From Deltaproteobacteria bacterium (lineage in GTDB: Bacteria > Desulfobacterota > BSN033 > UBA1163): 56,399 nt of DNA. The stretch spans positions 1 through 56,399 of the forward strand of contig VGSS01000003.1 of the NCBI GenBank assembly GCA_016874935.1, read 5' to 3'. A program made the translations under genes and the position numbers. The notes below the pieces were generated by a model. That model made no database searches. It had not been told where the DNA came from and saw only the letters and a program-made list of their open reading frames with translations. Position 1 is the stretch's first letter, and every line of letters begins with the position of its first letter. Positions 51,891 through 56,399 of the stretch are shown piece after piece.

Positions 51891-51934
51891 CACGGACACG
51901 GAACACGGACACGGAACACGGACACGAGTCACGG
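51891..51934. repeat. cacgga/cacggaa tandem repeat
   Basis: cacggacacggaacacggacacggaacacggacacgagtcacgg just before the lepB SD. Confidence 0.85.
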
Positions 51935-51947
51935 TAAGGGAAAGAAA

Positions 51948-52580
51948 ATGAATAAACGGAAATTTATTAAAGAGTATTTAGAGCCGATCCTCATTGCTAT
52001 CCTGATCGCCCTTTTTATTCGAACCTTTGTCGTCCAGGCTTTCAAAATCCCCTCCAGCTCGATGGAACCGACCCTGCTGGTCGGGGATCATATCCTTGTC
52101 AGTAAATTTATTTACGGGATAAAAATCCCCTTTACCCAGACCAAACTGTTTCCATTCAAAAACCCTCAGAGAGGAGATGTGATCGTTTTTATCTATCCAA
52201 AAGACCCTTCCAAGGATTTCATCAAGAGGGTGGTTGGAATCGGAGAGGACCGGATCGAGATCAAGGAGGATAAAGTCTATATCAATGGGAAGCAAATGGA
52301 GGACCCATGGGGACATTACGACACGAAAAACGAATGGAGGAAAAACCTTGGCCCTGTCGGCCCGTTTGAACATGTGGTCGTGCCGAAAGATCACCTCTTT
52401 GTCTTGGGGGATAACCGGGACAACAGTCAGGATAGCCGTTTTTGGGGGGTTGTCCATGTGAGCGAGGTGAAGGGGAAAGCCTTTATCATTTATTTTTCCG
52501 GACCCAGTTTTTTAAATATTTTATTTCCATGGATATGGGATGAGATCAGGTGGGGAAGATTCGGCAAATTAATTTATTGA
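51948..52580 (+). CDS. lepB: Signal peptidase I
   Basis: IPSSSMEPTL, FIKRVVG, LGDNRDNSQDSR. Confidence 0.96.
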   Translation: MNKRKFIKEYLEPILIAILIALFIRTFVVQAFKIPSSSMEPTLLVGDHILVSKFIYGIKIPFTQTKLFPFKNPQRGDVIVFIYPKDPSKDFIKRVVGIGEDRIEIKEDKVYINGKQMEDPWGHYDTKNEWRKNLGPVGPFEHVVVPKDHLFVLGDNRDNSQDSRFWGVVHVSEVKGKAFIIYFSGPSFLNILFPWIWDEIRWGRFGKLIY

Positions 52581-53503
52581 TTCCGAAAGACATTTCTTTC
52601 GGCCCATTCAATATCTTTTCTGATCTGCTGGATCAACCCCTCTGTTGAAGAAAAACGGATTTCATCACGGATTCTTTCTGTAAAATACACCTGAAGCTCC
52701 TCGCCGTAGATCTCTCCGGCAAAGTTTAAAATATGGACCTCCAATGAAACAGCCTTCGCATCGAAGGTCGGATTGAATCCGATATTGGCCAGGCCTTTCA
52801 ACCATTGGCGTTTCCTTTTTACTCTCACGGCATACACCCCTGGTTTTGGATAAAGCTCTTCCGCCATTTCGAGATTGGCTGTGGGAAAACCAAGAGCACG
52901 GCCCCTTTTTGTCCCCTCGATCACCCGCCCGATCACGGGATAATCTCTTCCCAGTAATGTTGAGGCCTTTTCAACCTCTCCCTCCCTGATGAGCTCTCTG
53001 ATCTTCGAGCTGCTGACGATGGTGTCCGTCACCCTCATGGCCTCCACGACTTCAACGTCCACTCCGAAGAGGGCGCAATTTTTTTTAAGGGAATCTGCAT
53101 CCCCGCTCTTTCCTCTGCCAAAACGATAATTATATCCGACAATGATCTTTTTGGCTTCGACTTTTCCTACCAGAACGCTCTTCACAAATTCAAGGGGTGA
53201 GAGCTCTGCAAAAGCCCTGGTAAATTGAATGCAAAGGACTTTCTCCACTCCGGTCTCTTCGATTAACATCATTTTCTTTTTGAAAGGGGTGAGCAGGGGA
53301 GGGCATTGCTCGGGGGAGAGAATTTTTAGGGGATGGGGTTCAAAGGTGACGACAACAGATTCTCCGCCAATCTTTCTGGCTTCCTCTTTGACTTTTTCAA
53401 ATATTCTCTGGTGTCCCAGATGGACGCCATCAAAATTTCCCAATGTGACAACGGGATTTCTTAAGGGTCCTTTTAAATTTTCAATTCCTTTGATGATTTC
53501 CAT
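52574..53503 (-). CDS. ribF: Bifunctional riboflavin kinase/FAD synthetase
   Basis: GNFDGVHLGH, VSSSKIR, GFPTANL, LEVHIL. Confidence 0.97.
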   Translation of the reverse strand: MEIIKGIENLKGPLRNPVVTLGNFDGVHLGHQRIFEKVKEEARKIGGESVVVTFEPHPLKILSPEQCPPLLTPFKKKMMLIEETGVEKVLCIQFTRAFAELSPLEFVKSVLVGKVEAKKIIVGYNYRFGRGKSGDADSLKKNCALFGVDVEVVEAMRVTDTIVSSSKIRELIREGEVEKASTLLGRDYPVIGRVIEGTKRGRALGFPTANLEMAEELYPKPGVYAVRVKRKRQWLKGLANIGFNPTFDAKAVSLEVHILNFAGEIYGEELQVYFTERIRDEIRFSSTEGLIQQIRKDIEWAERNVFRNQ

Positions 53504-53555
53504 GGCAATAATTTTTGGTTTGATTAAAGATTAACGTTTATTGTTGTCGAAACTC

Positions 53556-53671
53556 GCCCTGTGCCATGATAGGTTCAGGGCGCATATCGTCATTAGAAGG
53601 TTACGTTTGTCGTGTCTCAATGATCTAACATCACCTTAATCGTTAACCGAAACGGGCTTCGTAACCGTAAC
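53556..53671. repeat. GCCCTG hairpin plus diverged ~100-bp family copy C
   Basis: gccctgtgccatgataggttcagggc then atatcgt...cgaaacgggcttcgtaaccgtaac. Confidence 0.75.
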
Positions 53672-53693
53672 CCATTGCCCCTATTTTCATCGC

Positions 53694-53721
53694 TTGACTT
53701 TAAGCGAAAAAAATATAAAAT
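53694..53721 (+). promoter_or_regulatory. Sigma70 promoter of tRNA-Leu
   Basis: TTGACT-N16-TAAAAT. Confidence 0.6.
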
Positions 53722-53757
53722 AGTATCTAACGTTTTTCAATGCAGTGATTTACAGAG

Positions 53758-53846
53758 GCCGAAGTGGCGGAATTGGTAGACGCGCTAGATTCAGGGTCTA
53801 GTGGGATGTACGTCCTGTGGGGGTTCAAATCCCCCCTTCGGCACCA
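53758..53846 (+). tRNA. tRNA-Leu(CAG)
   Basis: Acceptor gccgaag/cttcggc + A + CCA; anticodon stem ctaga/tctag with loop ttCAGgg; long variable arm; GTTCAAAT T-loop. Confidence 0.95.
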
Positions 53847-53850
53847 AAGA

Positions 53851-54093
53851 AAAATTGGAATGCTGGAATATGGATGGTCTCGTAAAAAGTCGAAAAATCC
53901 TAATGATCGTCATTCCGGCGAAAGCCAGAATCCAGTAATCTCAGACACTTATCAAAACACTGGACACCGGTTTTCACCGGTGAGACGACTTTTTACAATT
54001 CCATCAAAATTGGAATGCTGGCATGTTGGGTAAATCTTATTTCTGGGTCTTCGCCCTTCTCATTATTCCATCATTCTATTAATCCATCATTCC
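53851..54093. repeat. 8-mer tandem/inverted arms (tggaatgc / cattattc, catcattc)
   Basis: aaaattggaatgctgg occurs twice; cattattccatcattctattaatccatcattcc on the right. Confidence 0.75.
53873..54005. mobile_element. MITE-like element with GATGG...AAAAAGTC ends, copy 2
   Basis: gatggtctcgtaaaaagtc / gactttttacaattccatc (16/19); internal cgtcattccggcgaaagccagaatcca. Confidence 0.75.
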
Positions 54094-54104
54094 GGTTTCG
54101 TATC

Positions 54105-56159
54105 TCACTTTGTTTTTGAAGAAAGATTCATATCGAATTTAAAGAAATCGGTGGTCGCAATAGATCGGGATGAAGTTTTTGGGGTGGGCCCTGTCCCTTC
54201 TTTGAAACATTCAAGGATTCCTCCTTTATCCAAACCCATCTGACCTGTTTTAGGATCGACCTTCATAAACTCAATCCCTTCGGGGATAGGGAAACCTTTT
54301 ACCTCTTTATCCTTCAGAACCCTTGACATGAAGGCGACCCAGATGGGAGAGGCCGCGCGAGCGCCGGTCTCATTTTCGCCAAGGGACCTGTCTTCGTCAA
54401 AACCTACCCACACGCCGGTAATGAGTTCAGGAGTATAACCGACAAACCAGGCATCGAGAAATTGGTCGGTCGTTCCTGTTTTTGCCGCCACAGGCCTTCC
54501 GAGCGCCCTTGCCCTCCATCCTGTCCCGTTCTGAACCACACTTTCCAGAAGGTGTGTCATGAGAAAGGCTGTTTGGGAACTAATGGCCTGTTCTGAATCG
54601 TTCGATTCTTTTTGGAAATAAGAGGGGAGATGTTCTTCGAGTAAATTCCCGTCCCGGTCCAGAATTTTTTTGATAAAAAGGGGTTTGAACTTCTTACCCT
54701 GGTTGGCAAAGACGGCATAAGCTTTCGTTAATTCATAGAGCGAGAGGTCTGAGGATCCCAGAGCCATGGCAAGGTTGTTGTGAAGAGGAGAGGAGATGCC
54801 GAGATTTTTAGCATAGTCCTTGATATAATCGATCCCGATATCTCGGGCAATCTTTACGGCGACGACATTGATCGAGTGGGCGAGCGCATTTCTGAGGGTG
54901 GTCGGTCCGGAAAATTTGTCCTCGAAATTTTTCGGCTTCCATTTTTTGTTTCCGAATTCGAACACGATTGGAGCGTCGACAATAATGGAGGCAGGGGTAT
55001 AACCTTTATCCAGGGCTGAAGCAAAAATAATGGGCTTAAAGGCTGATCCGCTCTGTCTTCTGGCCTGGGTGGTGCGGTTGAACTGGCTTTTTCTGAAGTC
55101 TCTTCCTCCCACCATCGCCCTGACATATCCCGTTTCTAAGTCGAAGCAGATTAGCCCCCCTTCTAAAACGGAAACCGTCTCCCCCGGACGATATTTCTGT
55201 CTTTTTTCAATCTCTTTTAACCCCGCTCCGACTGCTTCCTGAGCGATGCTTTGAGCATAGAGATCGATGGTTGTGTAGACCTGGAGGCCATTTTTATAAA
55301 GTCCATCTTTTCCATATCTCTCCTCGACATATCTCCTCACATGCTCCACGAAATGGGGCGCCTTTTCAATTGGAGAATTTTGTTTCCCCTTAATCTTTAT
55401 CGGAGCCTGTAATGCCCTTAGAGATTCAGGGTAGGAGATGAATCCTTCCTCAACCATTCGATTCAGGATATAGCTCTGCCTCTTTTTCGCCTGTTCAGGA
55501 TGTTGATGAGGAGAATATTTGGAGGGGGCCTGGGGAAGCCCTGCAAGCAAGGCGGATTCCGCAAGGTTCAACTCTTCGACGGGCTTTCCGAAATAATTTT
55601 CAGCGGCTACCGCCACTCCATAGGCTCCGTGTCCCAGATAGATTTGATTAAGATAAAGGTGGAGAATCTCTTCCTTGGAAAGATATTTTTCAATTTTAAA
55701 GGACAGAATGGCCTCGCGTATCTTTCTGGTTAAACTCTTTTCCGGAGTGAGGAGAAGCGATTTGACAACCTGCTGGGTGATGGTGCTGCCGCCCTGGATG
55801 ATATCTCTGGAAAAGATATTCTTAATGAGCGCCCTAAAAATAGCCAGGTAATCTAATCCCTTATGCTGGAAAAACCTGGCATCCTCCCCTGCGACAAAGG
55901 CCTGGATTAAAAAATTAGGGAGCCTGTCAAGAGAGATGACTTCTCTCTTCTCACTAAAAAATTCTCCTATAATCTCTCCATCTTCTGAAAAGAATTTGGT
56001 AATGGCAGGAGGTTTATAATTTTTTAGATTTTCAATGCTTGGGAGATCATGGCTGAAATAGAAGTAAGAAGCCGCCCCGATTACCATAAAAGAGGTGACA
56101 GCAATCATGATAATCGAAATGAAAATCTTGACTGTCTTTTCAAAATGGACGGATTTCAT
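54105..56159 (-). CDS. mrcA: Class A penicillin-binding protein 1A
   Basis: TM anchor; transglycosylase EDARFF, GGSTITQQ, RKIRE; transpeptidase SAFK, SIN, KTGT. Confidence 0.92.
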   Translation of the reverse strand: MKSVHFEKTVKIFISIIMIAVTSFMVIGAASYFYFSHDLPSIENLKNYKPPAITKFFSEDGEIIGEFFSEKREVISLDRLPNFLIQAFVAGEDARFFQHKGLDYLAIFRALIKNIFSRDIIQGGSTITQQVVKSLLLTPEKSLTRKIREAILSFKIEKYLSKEEILHLYLNQIYLGHGAYGVAVAAENYFGKPVEELNLAESALLAGLPQAPSKYSPHQHPEQAKKRQSYILNRMVEEGFISYPESLRALQAPIKIKGKQNSPIEKAPHFVEHVRRYVEERYGKDGLYKNGLQVYTTIDLYAQSIAQEAVGAGLKEIEKRQKYRPGETVSVLEGGLICFDLETGYVRAMVGGRDFRKSQFNRTTQARRQSGSAFKPIIFASALDKGYTPASIIVDAPIVFEFGNKKWKPKNFEDKFSGPTTLRNALAHSINVVAVKIARDIGIDYIKDYAKNLGISSPLHNNLAMALGSSDLSLYELTKAYAVFANQGKKFKPLFIKKILDRDGNLLEEHLPSYFQKESNDSEQAISSQTAFLMTHLLESVVQNGTGWRARALGRPVAAKTGTTDQFLDAWFVGYTPELITGVWVGFDEDRSLGENETGARAASPIWVAFMSRVLKDKEVKGFPIPEGIEFMKVDPKTGQMGLDKGGILECFKEGTGPTPKTSSRSIATTDFFKFDMNLSSKTK

Positions 56160-56399
56160 TTTTTAATCTGAATGGGATTTTCCCTGTTAAGGAAAAAGTC
56201 TTTGTTCGGAATGGGGATCGATAGGATGTCCTTTAGCCGTTCTTTCCTGATTAGCCCTTTTGATTTCATTTACTAAAGTCTTGCATTTTTTTAAGCCCAT
56301 AATTGTCCAAGGTAAGTATCGAGAATACTTTGTTTAAATCGGATTCTCATGGCGTTTAGAGTGACGCTGATATTCTCAAGTAAAATGTTATTGCGTACC

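Noticed and set aside
52574-52580. 7-bp convergent overlap of lepB and ribF
   Set aside because: Common in compact genomes, with no further signal.
53847-54104. Integrative element at the tRNA-Leu 3' end
   Set aside because: No integrase or duplicated tRNA 3' end; only small repeats precede PBP1A.
186-55733. Numerous antisense and alternate-frame ORFs of 60-226 aa (e.g. 186-833, 9104-9769, 30940-31575, 42816-43496)
   Set aside because: They lie over well-supported genes, have no recognisable motifs, and are expected shadows of codon bias.
1-56399. CRISPR array
   Set aside because: There are no regularly spaced 25-45-nt direct repeats with unique spacers and no cas genes. The repeats are short tandem or palindromic.

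Overview
This is a 56.4 kb stretch of core chromosome, most likely from a Desulfobacterota/deltaproteobacterium (inferred from the pilB-pilT-pilC-pilS-pilR order, selB, iorAB and the long-form HflX). It carries about 40 mostly housekeeping genes. These include valS (5'-truncated), gatCA, selB, iorAB, an M16 peptidase, an OGG1-like glycosylase, nucleotide-sugar enzymes, trmJ, nfeD/SPFH, an RNase Z-like MBL hydrolase, rtcA, hflX, guaB/guaA, dnaE, accA, mutL, a type IV pilus motor/regulator operon, a CusRS-like pair, a nitrilase, lepB, ribF, tRNA-Leu(CAG) and PBP1A. I see no CRISPR array, rRNA, prophage or intact transposase. The unexplained structure is mostly non-coding: most longer intergenic gaps hold nested small repeats. 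These are (i) tandem 6-9-nt units arranged as facing inverted arms, with a different unit at each locus, (ii) CGTC/dRS3-like hairpin pairs, (iii) several MITE-like families with terminal inverted repeats and apparent target duplications, and (iv) 26-38-bp palindromes, one inserted in frame into a kinase and one supplying a stop codon. Other points of note: a MenA1/MenT1-like nucleotidyltransferase TA pair beside a relic restriction-nuclease fragment, an hflX that appears to start at ATT, a sigma54 promoter ahead of pilB, and a TPR-membrane plus DUF4388/MshEN-like gene pair splitting guaB from guaA. All family calls come from motif recognition by eye, not database searches.
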